Shown: one piece after another, positions 1 through 12,300 of the stretch
How positions within the stretch are numbered: position 1 is the stretch's first letter
Layout: each line of letters starts with the position of its first letter
Origin: a virus
Strand: one strand, 5' to 3'
IMG/VR virus record: IMGVR_UViG_3300045988_029408
Coordinates: 1-64,000 of that record
DNA length: 64,000 nt
Program-made: the position numbers and the translations under genes
The notes under the pieces: model-generated
The model's database searches: none
What the model saw: only the letters and a program-made list of their open reading frames with translations
Told to the model about the DNA's origin: nothing

Positions 1-744
1 AAAGCTTCTAAACCTTCTTATGTAATTGGAGATTACGAAGCTCCAGTAGAAGAAAAAATTGAAATTGATTTAACTAGTGCTACCGTTGTTATCGGTCATA
101 GATACGTTTTGCGTATTGTTTATAAAGATATGTACGAAGCTCCGGGATAGTTCACTCATACTTACGAAGTAGTTGCTACTACTGAAACTGCTGATGATTT
201 GGGTAATGCACTGTTAAAGAAAATTAATAAACACACAAATCGTAGAGTAAGTGCTACATTTGCAAGTCATAAGTTAACACTTACAGCTCTTCCTAAGGAT
301 GATAATGAAGGTGTTTATTCATTGAATGAATATTCAGTAGTTTCTATGGAAGCTTCTTTATATGTTACCATTCCTGGTGCATTGCTGTCTAATGTTCCTG
401 AAGCAGTTCCTGGTGCAACTATTAAGAAAACTGCTGATAAACCGGGTAAAGGTTACTGGAAACAAGTTCGTGATATGGAAGTACGTATGTTAGGTTACAA
501 AGGTCATGTATTTACAGATGCATATCCTATTGTTGAACCGAAACGTAATATTACTGAAGGTGCGAAGTACGATTACATTACTATTGAAAATGATAACTTG
601 TATTTATCACCAGACAATCAGTATATTAAAACTACTCCGTTGACTACTGAATTGTATGTTGAAGAAACAGCTAATTTGAGTGCATCTCAGTTTGTTAAGA
701 ATCTTAAAGCATTTATCACTGGTGTTGATACTAGTGCTGCTTAA
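1..744 (+). CDS. Virion structural protein, C-terminal fragment (possibly major capsid protein; 5' end outside window)
   Basis: Frame 1 is open from base 1. One in-frame TAG at 148-150, with no TAA/TGA before TAA at 742-744. Followed by the strongest intrinsic terminator in the window. The product call is positional inference only. Confidence 0.55.
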
Positions 745-771
745 TAATACACGGTTTCTTTATTTAAAACC

Positions 772-809
772 AGGCGAGGTTGAGGTTTTATCCTCGGCTT
801 CGCCTTTTT
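772..809 (+). terminator. Rho-independent terminator
   Basis: 14-bp stem (AGGCGAGGTTGAGG / CCTCGGCTTCGCCT, 3 G-U pairs), 6-nt loop, then a T-run at 806-809. Confidence 0.8.
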
Positions 810-822
810 AATTTTTATAAAT

Positions 823-1368
823 ATGAAAATAATTAATGCAAAGATAGAAAATAACCTTCTAACTATTAAATTAGATTCGGTAGCTGGAGTTACTAAAGTA
901 TATTTAGATAGTGTACTGTCAAGAACTTATCATTCTAGTAATGATGCAGATCATGAAATAATTATCAGTAGTCCTCAAATAAGTGATAATAGTATAAATA
1001 TCAATATAGAAGAATACTACGCTACCTCGTTTATAGTAACAGTAGTAGGAAGTGAAACTGCTCACGCTATAGCATATGACGAAAAGAATCTATACTATCA
1101 AAAAGTGAACACATTGGTTAGTTTTTGTTATACTTGTTTAGATAAACATCAAAAAGAAAAAATATTAATGTTGTAGTTTAAGTCACAATTGTTAGACTAC
1201 GCTAGAGCTAATAATCTTACTGAAGACGCTATACAGTATTATGTAGATATATGTCGTTTATTAGATATACCTAACGAACACATATGTTGTAAGTATAATA
1301 GAATATTTAATTGCCACAGACTGTGTAAAACTTGCAGGTCTTGTTATAATGGTTGTTGTTAGTTATGA
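823..1368 (+). CDS. Hypothetical virion-module protein with Cys-rich C-terminus
   Basis: ATG 823. Track ORF 823-1176 continues in frame through TAG 1174 and TAG 1360 to TGA 1366-1368. ATGA overlap with the next gene. Confidence 0.75.
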
Positions 1369-1562
1369 TAGAAAACAATTATAGAATAGGTAAACATTTG
1401 AACAACATGACTAAGTATAATATAACATTTGATCGTACTTAGATATTAAACTTAGTGTGTTCAAATTACGTAGAAGATATACTAAAACAAGGAGATGCGT
1501 TTAGTATATCAGAAGAAGAGAAACACAAATTATTAGTACTAATAGATAAACTATTGAAATAA
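1365..1562 (+). CDS. Hypothetical small protein
   Basis: ATG 1365 overlaps the upstream TGA. One in-frame TAG (1440). TAA at 1560-1562 overlaps the next ATG (TAATG). Confidence 0.6.
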
Positions 1563-4500
1563 TGGCATAGTATGCAACAACAGATGACCTTAGGGAATTA
1601 ACTAGTTTAGTACGAAGCTTATAGGGTGATGTAACCACATTAAACAACAATGTTGGTGAACTTGATACATTAGTAGAAAGAATTAATCACTTATCTACTT
1701 TAAAAGATGTTACCATTACTTATATTACAGAAGGAGACTTAATATAGTATAGTAGTGATGGTACATGGCATAATGTATCTCCAGCTGTATTGGCAGATTA
1801 TATTAGTGGCGAAGGTGGTATTATCGACACTGCTGTAGTTAAAGCATTAATAGCATCAGAAGGCGGTAAGTTATTCTTAAGTAAACTATACGATGATACA
1901 GCATTGGGTGTTATTACATTTAAGAATAGTGTAATAGCTGATAGTATGATATATGCTAAAAAAGGAATTACTATTGGTAATTATATATCAGGACTACTTG
2001 GAGATGGAGCTATAATTGATGAACACGGCAATATAGAAGCCGGAAGCTTAACCCTTAGAGAATTCTTATCTGTACCAGAATTACGTTTTAACAGAGTAGA
2101 TGTGGTAAGTGGTGAATTGTGGAATTCTATCGCTTTTGGTACTATTGAATCAGTAGATACTAAAAACTAGATAGCTACTCTTAAACTAGAAGAAGGCGAA
2201 TATAGTGGGTTACATGTTAATGATATATGTAGAGGTATATGGCATAATATTAGTGGAGTAAATGAAACTACTCCAGGTACAGATGAATGTGGGTTTGAAA
2301 AAATGCAGGGATTTAGTACTGCTTACTTTACCCCTATTGAAATTCTAGATGAAAGGGGTAAACAATTTAGATATTCACTAAAGCCTAATACTACTCAACA
2401 TCCTACTGCTAATATGAAATTTGCAGTATATGGTAATTTCTTAGATGAAACTAGACAATCTAGTGCTTACTCTACTAGAGATTATAAAAGATTCTTAAAA
2501 GATGTTAGTACTTGGGCAATAGATTGGACTAATATAGCATCACAATTTGGTAAAATAGAAGGGTTGACTATTCCTGGAGCCCCAGATGATGGGGTACTAC
2601 ATGGGGATGGTGCTTACTTAACTAATGTCTACATGACAGGTGCTATGATTTAGTTTACTCCAGAACAAGAAGATAGTCTCAAAGGATAGGATGCTTACTC
2701 GGTAAATCTTACTAAAGACAACCTATCTGTTATTGTGGATAATGAATTAAACATATTAGATAAGTATAGCTAGCTAGATAATTTAACATTTGGAGTACAA
2801 GCTTTTAAAGGTACTACAGAATTATCATATTCAGATGTATATGCAGAAGGGTCTTACTTCTTAACTTGGGAAGCAACAGGTCTTAAGTGTACGATGGCTA
2901 ACGGTATATTCACAATTACAGATATTTTATCTGTTACCAATAGTCCTCATATAGACTTGTTAATTAACTGTGAAGGTAATGCTACATTTAAAAAGACAGT
3001 AGTATTATAGTTCCATTTACAACCTAATTCATTATGGACTACATATAACGATAACGATGCTATACCTGATAGACCTACTGGTGATGGTACTACCAACGGT
3101 TGGCATAGAAATTATACAGCATCTGCAATATGGATGTCTACTAAAAGCTCTATCGAAGTAGATGATCCTAATGTAGAATGGGGAGATCCTAATAGATTCC
3201 GTGGTGCTTCAGTAGCTGGTAAAGATGGTGAGTATACTAGATTCGCATATACTGAATCAAGCGTACCACCACCTACTCCTATAGGTGATACTGTTCCACC
3301 TAAAGACCCAAACAATAAATACACTTGGACTATGGACCCACCGCAAGGAGATGTGGAAAAAGGTATTTGGGTATGGCAATCAATACAAACTGTATATTCT
3401 GATAAATCTACATCTGGATGGTCAGAACCTTTCCGTTTAACAGGAGCTGATGGTAAAGATGGTAATGACGGTAATGATATAGAGTTTGTATATAAGATTA
3501 CACAAAATAATTCTGCACCTACTTTACCAGCTAATAGTAATAGAGATGATTATACAGAACCAAACAATGGTTGGTATGATAACCCAAAAGGTGTTAGTGA
3601 AACTTGGCAATACGAATGGGTAGCTCAACGTACCAAACCAGCAGCTAAAGCAGGTACTGGTAATTGGGGTAACTGGCAAGGTCCTACTTTATGGTCAAAA
3701 TGGGGTGAAAAAGGTATGGATGGCGATGGTTATGAATATATCTACTATCGTACACAAGCTGAAAACATTGCACCTGATACTCCTGTAGCTGCTAATAATA
3801 CAGATGATGAAGCGCGTCCTCAGGCATTTATTAATGGTGTAGCACAAACTACTACTTCTCCTGGAGGAATGTATTGGACTGATGATCCCCAAGGAGTTAG
3901 AGAAAACTTGATGTTTGAATGGGTAAGTGTACGTAAAAAAACAGATGGTGTATGGTCAGCGTTTCAAAAACCAGCTATATGGGCTAAATGGGGTGAGACT
4001 GGTTTAAGTGGCGGTAATTATCAATATAGATATAAAATATCAGCTACTACTCCAAGTATACCTACTGATCAAGCTGCGTCTGGATGGTCTGAAGATTCTG
4101 AAATGGTTCCACCAGAAGGTCAATATGTATGGCAAATTCATAGATTTAAAAACGCAGATGGTTCATTAACTGCTTGGACTGGGTTAATAAGACTTACCGG
4201 AGCCGATGGTAAAGATGGTGAAGATGGTAATAGTATTGAATTCTTATATGCTCGTAATAACGATAAGGATAATTATCCTCAAAAGCCTAATACTAATCAA
4301 ACTACAGACTGGACAGGTACTGGACCAGATGGTACATAGTGGTTTGATAATCCACAGGGAGTAGATGATTCACATAGATATGAATATGTAACTCAAAGAT
4401 ATAAAGATAAGAGTACTTAGAAATGGGGAGATTATTCACAACCAGGCTTATGGTCTGTATTTGCAGATAAAGGTAAAGATGGGGATGGATACGAATATAT

Positions 4501-6574
4501 ATTCGCTAGGTTCTCTAGTTATGATCAAGCAGCTCTATGTAGTAGAAATGAGCAATATTATCCAGCTTCTCCTACTTATGGATCACAATACTTAAATGGT
4601 GATTATCAACAAGATGATTATATACCTACTAAAACTTGTAAAGGTGCTACTTTTACTTATACAGATAATGGAGTAAGCGTAACAGAAAGCATACCATATC
4701 AAGTATGTTGGACACGTAAGAAAGAAAATGGTAAATGGGGAGATTGGAAGGACGGATTCATTTGGACTAAATGGGGTAAAGACGGTCAAGATGGACAAGA
4801 CGGAGATAAAGGAGATCAGGGTGATAAGGGAGAACCAGGAACACCAGGTACTGATGCTACTACTTATATAATTACTCCTGGAGCAGCAACTATACGTCTT
4901 ACCAGAACTTCTTCTTATGAACCTAGTAGCATGACATTTAGAGCATACAAGAAAACAGGAACAGGTAGTCTGTCTTCTGTATCTGGTTACTGGGAAATAT
5001 ATGGTAGTAATAGTCACGCTCCAACAACCTCTTCAGAAGGTACTGAAGTGGGTGGTGGTTGGTCTGGTGTTTCCAATATTACATTTAATATATCTAGTTC
5101 TACTAAGTATAACTATTATACTGTAGCATTTAATCCTACTCAGTATCCTATTTATAATGGAAATCCTGTAGCAGCATCAGCAACTATTACAGTTGTAGTT
5201 GATGGTTAGGATGGACAAGATGGATCAGCTGCTAATACTCAATATACAGATATTAGATTTAGAGGAGTTTGGAATTCATCTACTAGATATTACTACGCTA
5301 CAGCATCATCAATAGGTTTAACTAACTATGAAAATCCTAGTAATGCATATGTTAGAGATTAGGTAATTTACAAAGGTGGCGTATATCTAGTTAAGTATGT
5401 TAATTCTGGCGGAGTATACGGTCAAACTCCTAGTTCTAGTTCAGCATATTGGGAATTAGTGTCTAGTGTTAGTGCCATGGCAATTAATACATTGTTAGCA
5501 GATAATGCTGTATTAGGTGCATTTCATTTCTCTAATAATGTATTTTGGTCAGGTGATGGAGGTACTTCATCTAGTGCAGCTAAACTATATATGAACAGTA
5601 GTACTGGTGAATTTAGAGCATCTAATGGTACATTTACTGGTACTGTGAACGCTAAAGCTGGTACATTTAAAGATCTATATTTTGAGAACTGTTTCACTAA
5701 AAATAGGTTTCTAAATATTACGCATCTAAATAGATCTTCATCTGATATAGATGATCCTAAATATGGTGATACATATTGTTCAAATAGTAGGTTATATTCT
5801 TATCAATCAGATGGTTGGGAGGATGCATTAGAATTATACACTAGTTCTACTAATGCAATAAGCGTATATGCTAATCCTTCTTATTCTAAAATTATACATA
5901 TGACTGGAGCAAAAGGCGGTTATACAAACAAATTGATATTACCAAGTGTTAGTGAAAATAATTATGGTACTGAAATGACTATTGTTTGTAGACAATATCC
6001 GTCAACTAGATCTATTACTGGAACAGAAGGTAATTTGCACATAGTTACATATGATAATAGAGGAAATACCTATACAGATGAAAGAACTTTAGTTTTAGCT
6101 AAAGGTAATAACGGCGGTATATTAAACGTAGTTAGTACTCCATAGGGATGGCTCATTACAAATTGTTCACACGATGGTTGCTCAGATTCTGGTGTTATTC
6201 TAAAGTTTAAAGTTTAGTATAATGGTAGTTCATATGCAGTGGTATCGTCTAGTATACACAGTATATATAACTTTGGTAATAGTAAAATTAGTTGTACTAG
6301 AAGTGGTGCAGGAGCTGTAGGAATAACTATAACTAGTGGAACTAGTTACTTTTGGGCTCCGTGTGATGTACGAGTATACGGAAGTTATAGAACTGAAGGT
6401 ATATCTGGTAGTAACGCTCATCCAATATATGCAACTTTAATATCATATAGTACTGGAGTTACTGCTTTGAACATAAGTGTGCAATTAGCAGATGATGATA
6501 CTTTAAATGATGGTAATTTCTATGTAGATATTTACGGTGGTTTTGCACAATATATAGGAAACAATCCGACTTAA
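1562..6574 (+). CDS. Tail fiber-like protein (1,670 codons) with internal repeats and a collagen-like tract
   Basis: Six frame-2 track ORFs (1790, 2303, 3134, 4931, 5459, 6239) plus the gaps were read codon by codon. 14 in-frame TAGs, no TAA/TGA until TAA 6572-6574. Repeated modules include TGADGKDG(N/E)DGN(D/S)IEF at 3443 and 4199, and KG(M/K)DGDGYEYI. Confidence 0.85.
4775..4849 (+). repeat. Collagen-like G-X-Y triplet run inside the fiber gene
   Basis: Translates as GKDGQDGQDGDKGDQGDKGEPGTPG, eight consecutive G-X-Y triplets. Confidence 0.8.
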
Positions 6575-6619
6575 TTTTATGAATATACACAATCAAATTA
6601 AATAGTTAAGCGATAGAGA

Positions 6620-6655
6620 ACTACTAGAGGGCATCTATTAGATGCTCCTAGTAGT
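6620..6655 (+). terminator. Long stem-loop after the fiber gene (no T-tract)
   Basis: ACTACTAGAGGGCATC / GATGCTCCTAGTAGT forms 15 bp with one bulge and a 5-nt loop. Lies 46 nt after the TAA. There is no downstream U-run, so the terminator role is uncertain. Confidence 0.4.
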
Positions 6656-6750
6656 AATGTAGGAACAATTAATCAGTGATAGCAAATAGTTAGGTATAAA
6701 TGTTATAGCTGATTTATTAGTAGATAGTATGTATAGAAATAGAGAAAGAA

Positions 6751-7233
6751 ATGAAAACAATAACAATGCACCACATATTAGGCAATAAAGTATTAGAATA
6801 CGATGTTGATGATAGAGGAGTTATCGTAGATGAGAGAGAAATTGATAGAGACGATATGTCAAAGCCTGTAGATGTTTATGCGGTAAATTTTAATGACTGG
6901 AGACCGCATCCCTCTGTAAATGCTGATATAATTATAACAAGCACCTCATTTGTCATAACTAGATTTGCTACACTGAACGGTACAGTAAAATGCTACATTC
7001 CTGACCAAACAAAAAATTTCCCAGGAATGAAAGTGGAAGTGAAAGGTATAGTTGACGGTCAGGAATTATACTGGGGATATAGTGCTGATGTGAAATTAGT
7101 CAATATCACATCAGACGGAACCTATGATATTCCGCCATTGGAAACTGTAAAAGGTAATCTGTCATTCAGAAACGGTAATATTGTCGGTCCTTGTAATATA
7201 ATCATCACTTAGCTACCGTTACGACAACAATGA
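6751..7233 (+). CDS. Hypothetical protein
   Basis: ATG 6751. TAG 7210 is read through to TGA 7231-7233. Confidence 0.7.
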
Positions 7234-7260
7234 GTTAAATGAAATATTAAATAGCGAAGT

Positions 7261-7722
7261 ATGGACAGAAATGAATTAATAGATAAATTAAAACCTTATT
7301 TTGAAGTAAGTGAATTAGTATGCCCTCATTGCTACTCCAAGTTTGGTGAATCTTCATGGTAGTTTATAAGTACTGAATTACTTAGTACTTTGTATGTATT
7401 ACGTACTAAGATATTTAAAAAACCTATTACTATTAATACTTGGAAAACAGGTGGATAGTTCTCACAGAGAGGATTGCGTTGTAATATGTGTCAACTAGTA
7501 AAGAATAAAAGTAGCATTTACTTATCCGCACACTGTTTAGGTAAAGCAATAGATTTTAATGTAAAGGATTTAGATAGTAATGCAGTGAATAACATAGTAA
7601 GATAGAATGCTGAATTATTTGAATATCCTATTAGATTAGAAGCTAATACTGATGGATGGTCTCATTGTGATTGTTATGTTCCTTATAACTCTAAGGAAAA
7701 GATAGTAATTTTTACAGCATAA
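7261..7722 (+). CDS. Peptidase M15-type cell-wall hydrolase (endolysin candidate)
   Basis: No track ORF exists here because of 3 in-frame TAGs. Joined translation contains SAHCLGKAIDF and WSHCD, the zinc-ligand pattern of M15 D-Ala-D-Ala / L-Ala-D-Glu peptidases. TAA at 7720-7722. Confidence 0.7.
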
Positions 7723-7779
7723 AACTATAACCATATAGATACATTGACGTTACACATAAATGTGTAAAATAAATTATAT

Positions 7780-8403
7780 ATGGAAGAAATTTGGAAAGAC
7801 GTAAAAGGTTTTGAAAGTTTATATATGGTTAGTAATTTAGGGAGAGTTAAAAATGTTCCACATTATGTTACTAGAAAATATTATAGACCTTCTACTGGAG
7901 ATAATATTGAAGATAAATTGTATATAAAAGAAGTGTTGTTAAATCCTAAAAAGAAGTACCATCATAAAGATAGAGGGATATATAACTATTTCTATTATGG
8001 AGTAAGTCTTCGTAAAGATGGTAAGTATTACAACAAATCAATACATCGTTTAGTGGCAGAAGCTTTCTTACCTAATCCTGACAATCTACCTTGTGTAAAC
8101 CACAAAGATGAGAACAAATTAAATAATTGTGTAGATAATTTAGAATGGTGTACTTATCAACACAATAATGTTTGGAAAAATAGATTAGCTAAAAGTTTAG
8201 AAACGTTTAATGCAAATCCTAAAAATAGAAGGAAAGTATATCAATATACAAAAGATGGGGCATTCATTAAAGAATATGAATCTGTAAAAGAAGCTACTAA
8301 AGAAATGGGTTTAAAGCACAGTAGTGGAATATATCTTAGCTGTAATCATAATAATTGCTACGCAAGAGGCTTTAAATGGTCTTTTAACTCTCCTTCCTTA
8401 TAA
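7780..8403 (+). CDS. HNH homing endonuclease (free-standing)
   Basis: N-terminal WKDVKGFESLYMVSNLGRV (NUMOD4-like), VNHKDENKLNNCVDNLEW (HNH), and a C-terminal VYQYTKDG...FKW DNA-binding repeat. No TAG codons. Stops on TAA. Confidence 0.85.
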   Translation: MEEIWKDVKGFESLYMVSNLGRVKNVPHYVTRKYYRPSTGDNIEDKLYIKEVLLNPKKKYHHKDRGIYNYFYYGVSLRKDGKYYNKSIHRLVAEAFLPNPDNLPCVNHKDENKLNNCVDNLEWCTYQHNNVWKNRLAKSLETFNANPKNRRKVYQYTKDGAFIKEYESVKEATKEMGLKHSSGIYLSCNHNNCYARGFKWSFNSPSL

Positions 8404-8459
8404 ATGCATCATTTAATAAAGAAAATGGCTTAAAACGCCTTAAAATGCGTTATAATAAT

Positions 8460-8789
8460 ATGAATAAAGAAACAATATTTTATAGTATTATGTATTAGGA
8501 TAGTTCGGCTATCAGCATCATACCAGAACTAGCTAATGCGTATAATATGACTCCTCATCGTATAACTAAAGAGGGTGAGGTAATTAACATACCTATTAAC
8601 AGAACATTAGGTAGATTATCTTTTGTTGGTGGTCAAGATTGGATACATCCTATAGTAAATACAGATAATATTAGTGTAGTATTTGACACTAATAATACTG
8701 GTGCAGTGAGAGTAGCTAGACCAGTAATACAATATTGTGATCCTAACGGATGTAAAAATTTAGTGCAATTTGCATTACATTAGAATTAA
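8460..8789 (+). CDS. Hypothetical protein
   Basis: ATG 8460. In-frame TAGs at 8496 and 8781. TAA at 8787-8789. Contains track ORF 8547-8783. Confidence 0.6.
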
Positions 8790-8807
8790 TAATTAAAATA
8801 TACGTAT

Positions 8808-9362
8808 ATGACAAGAATAACAAGAAGCTATATAGCTCCAAATCCTAAAGAATTCGAGTATTGGGTTGATTTATCAGCAGATCCAAAAGGTAATGTAATT
8901 AAGTATTACGCCGGAGGTAGTAAATGGTTACCTTTAAACGATGATACAGATAACGATCAGAGTGCTAGAATTGCTGCACTTGAATCAGGTAAAGTAGATA
9001 AAGTAGAAGGAAAAGAACTATCTAGTAATGACTTTACTAATGCATATAAAACTAAACTAGATGGTATTGCTGCACAAGCAAATAAATATGTTTTACCAAC
9101 AGCTACAGCTGAAATTATTGGTGGAGTAAAGGTAGGAGCAAATATTTCTTATAGTAATGGTACAATTAGTCTTAGTAAAGCTAATGTGACTAGTGCATTA
9201 GGATATACACCTCCTACAGCAGATACTAAAGTAACTATAAATAATACTTTAACGAGTACTAGTACTACAGAAGCTTTAGCTGCTGCACAAGGTAAAGCTT
9301 TAAAAGATTTAATTGACGCATTAACTACAAGAGTTGCTGCATTAGAAACTCCAGCAGCTTAA
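8808..9362 (+). CDS. Short fiber-like protein (paralog of the N-terminus and one module of the next gene)
   Basis: Intact ORF without TAG. NPKEFEYWVDLS N-terminal motif and KVDKVEGK...ANKYVLP...GGVKVG...ANVTSALG module are shared with gene 9377-13342. Coiled-coil C-terminus ending in AA. Confidence 0.75.
   Translation: MTRITRSYIAPNPKEFEYWVDLSADPKGNVIKYYAGGSKWLPLNDDTDNDQSARIAALESGKVDKVEGKELSSNDFTNAYKTKLDGIAAQANKYVLPTATAEIIGGVKVGANISYSNGTISLSKANVTSALGYTPPTADTKVTINNTLTSTSTTEALAAAQGKALKDLIDALTTRVAALETPAA
8994..9203 (+). repeat. Fiber module, copy 1 (paralogous to 11087-11299)
   Basis: By-eye protein and nucleotide similarity: VDKVEGKxLSxND(F/Y)T ... ANKYVLPxATA ... GGVK(V/I)G ... (K)ANVTSALG. 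Confidence 0.6.
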
Positions 9363-9376
9363 TATAACAAATACAT

Positions 9377-12300
9377 ATGGTAACAAATAGGATAATATTT
9401 TTTGCAACATCTGTTCAACCTAATCCAGAAGAAATAGACTATTGGGTTGACTTATCTGATAATCCTTACGGTGGTAGCATTAAATATTTCAATGGAACCG
9501 AATGGGTAAGGCTGGCTGCCTCTGGTGGTACACCTGACCTTAACAACTACTATACTAAAACATAGATAAATAATCTACTTAATAATAAAGCAGATGTTGG
9601 AGATGTAGATAGTAAAGTAGATGATGAAGAAGTAAAAGATGTAATAAAGGATATACAATTTAATACTTCTAATCCTAATGGCATTACTATGGTAATGTTT
9701 AAGTATGATGGAAGTAATAAAACTGTTTCAATACCAGTAGCCTCTACAAGTTCTGCTGGTATCATTACATCTAAAGATTTCTTAGACTTTGTTAAGCAGC
9801 ATCAGTTATAGGAACTTCATACTGAGATGATTGATACCTTTGCTGATATACGTGCAAAGTATTAGAAAAAACTCATTGCAGGTTTAAACATTGAAATTGA
9901 TCAAGAAACTAATGTTATTAGTGCATCTGGTGATCTAGCTGTACAATGGGATAATATTACTAACAAACCAGATTTTAAACCAGTAGCTACATCTGGTGAT
10001 TATAATGACTTAATTAATAAGTTAAAACCAGGTAAAGACGTTAGTATTAGTGAAGATAATGTGATTAGTATTGCTATTGATTCAGATTCATTAGAATAGT
10101 CTTTAGCTACTTTACAAAGTAATATAGATAAAGAAGCTGCTACTGCTCGTGCTGCTGAAACTAAATTAGGCAATGATATAGCTACTGAGAAGAATAGAGC
10201 TCAATCTGCTGAATAGACTATTGGTACTAACTTACAGAATGAAATTAATAGATCTACTCAAGTAGATACTCAACATACTAATGCTATAAACAAAGAAGTA
10301 CAAGATAGAAAAGAAGCTATTGCTACAGAAGTTAGTGATAGAAATGCAGCTATCTTAGTAGAAACTAATAGGGCGAAAGCTAAAGAAGAAGAGCTCGACG
10401 GTAAGATTACTGATCATACTACTGCAACTAATGCAGCATTAGCATTAAAAGCAGACAAGTCTAATACTTATACTAAGGCACAAGTAGATGCTAAATTATC
10501 TGGTGCTTATAAAGTAAAAGGATCTAGTACGTTTGAAACTCTACCTAAAGACAACAATGTAGTCGGTGATGTATATAATATTACTAATGCGTTTAACTTA
10601 GGTGGTAAACACTATGATGCTGGTACTAATGTAGTATGGACTGAAGATGGTTGGGATGCTTTATCAGGTTCATTTGATACTACTGCTATTGAAGGTAGTA
10701 TTCAAGAAGTAGCTGATGATTTAGCTCAAGAGATACTTGATAGAACTCAAGCTGATACTACTATTAATAACAATGTATCTTCATTATCTAATAGAGTAAA
10801 AGTAAATGAAGATAAACTTACTATTATTAATGGTAATGAATCTACTACTGGTTCTATAGCTAATGCTATTAAACAGGCTAAGTCATATACAGATACAACT
10901 GTAACAGCTGAATAGACTAGAGCAGAGAAAGCAGAATAGAAACTAACTAGTGATTTAGCTAGTGAAGTAACTAGAGCTAAAGGTGCTGAGTCTGCTAATG
11001 CTACAGCTATAGCAAATGAAGTAGAAAGAGCTACTGGTGTAGAAGAGACATTGAATAGTAATATTACTCAACTGTAGACTCAAAAAGTAGATAAAGTTGA
11101 AGGTAAAGGTCTTAGTACTAATGATTATACTACTCCTGAAAAGAATAAATTAGCTGCTATTGAAGCTGAAGCTAATAAGTATGTATTACCTGCTGCTACA
11201 GCTAGTGCATTAGGTGGTGTTAAGATAGGTAGTAATATAACATTAGCAAATGGCGGTACTATTAGTATAACTAAGGCTAATGTAACTAGTGCATTAGGTG
11301 TAGATCCTACTACTACTTATGTAAAGAAAGCTGGTGATACTATGACAGGAAGTCTTTTCATTGAAACTACATCTGAAATTAATTTATATAATACTATTTC
11401 TGTACCATCTAGTAGATATGCGGTGTTGAGATTAAAAAGTGGTGATAACTATTGGGATGTTACTACAAAAGGTACTGATGGGTTGCTATTACAAAAACAA
11501 GGTGCTTCTGATGTGCAATTAAAATTAGATACATCAGGTAATGTTAGTATTCCCGGGTATTTCAAATCTACCGTAGCTACAGGTACTGCACCTATACGAG
11601 TATCTTCTACTACTCTATGTACCAACCTGAATGCAGATATGGTAGATGGTTATGGAGTTTCAAATTTTAATACTGATAGCGTATCTATTAAGCGCTCTAT
11701 AAATAGTGTAAATCAATCCAATGCCGAAAATTGGATTAAACTTTGCACTCTACCATTAACTAGTTAGATAACAACATAGGATAAAAGAGTAGTATTTGAA
11801 ATAGTTGGTGGAACTGATGTTGGTGAAAAATATGCTTATTATGCAACATTGACTGCTTCTACCAGAGTTACGGAAAATGTAGAATTGCGTATTTTGAATA
11901 GTGTGGATACTATTTCTATTGCTACGTTTATAGCTGGATATGTTATTACTTCTGATAAAGTAGAAATATGGATTAGAACTGGTAATTAGTGGGGGGCAAG
12001 CACTAATATAGTATGTAAATATGCTTCTACTAATGCTGATGACATATTAAGTAGCCCAGCTACTACATAGAGACCAAGTAATTTTGTATTAGGTAATATT
12101 AAAACACTAGATGCTCCAGATTGGTACGGTGTATCTTGGTCAGAGACATCATCTAATCCAGATTGTACCCGTATTGGTAATATGGATATGCATAGATCAT
12201 TACCTATATAGAGTATGATGAAAGGATATCTTTATTTTAAAGACGGAAATCCTTTATATAGAATGTTAAAGCTAAACGATAGTTGGACTAAATGTGAAAA

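Noticed and set aside
7723-8459. HNH endonuclease as the ORF of a group I intron splitting a host gene
   Set aside because: The flanking genes (7261-7722 and 8460-8789) each have their own start and TAA stop and do not read as halves of one protein. No intron-like conserved structure was evident by eye.
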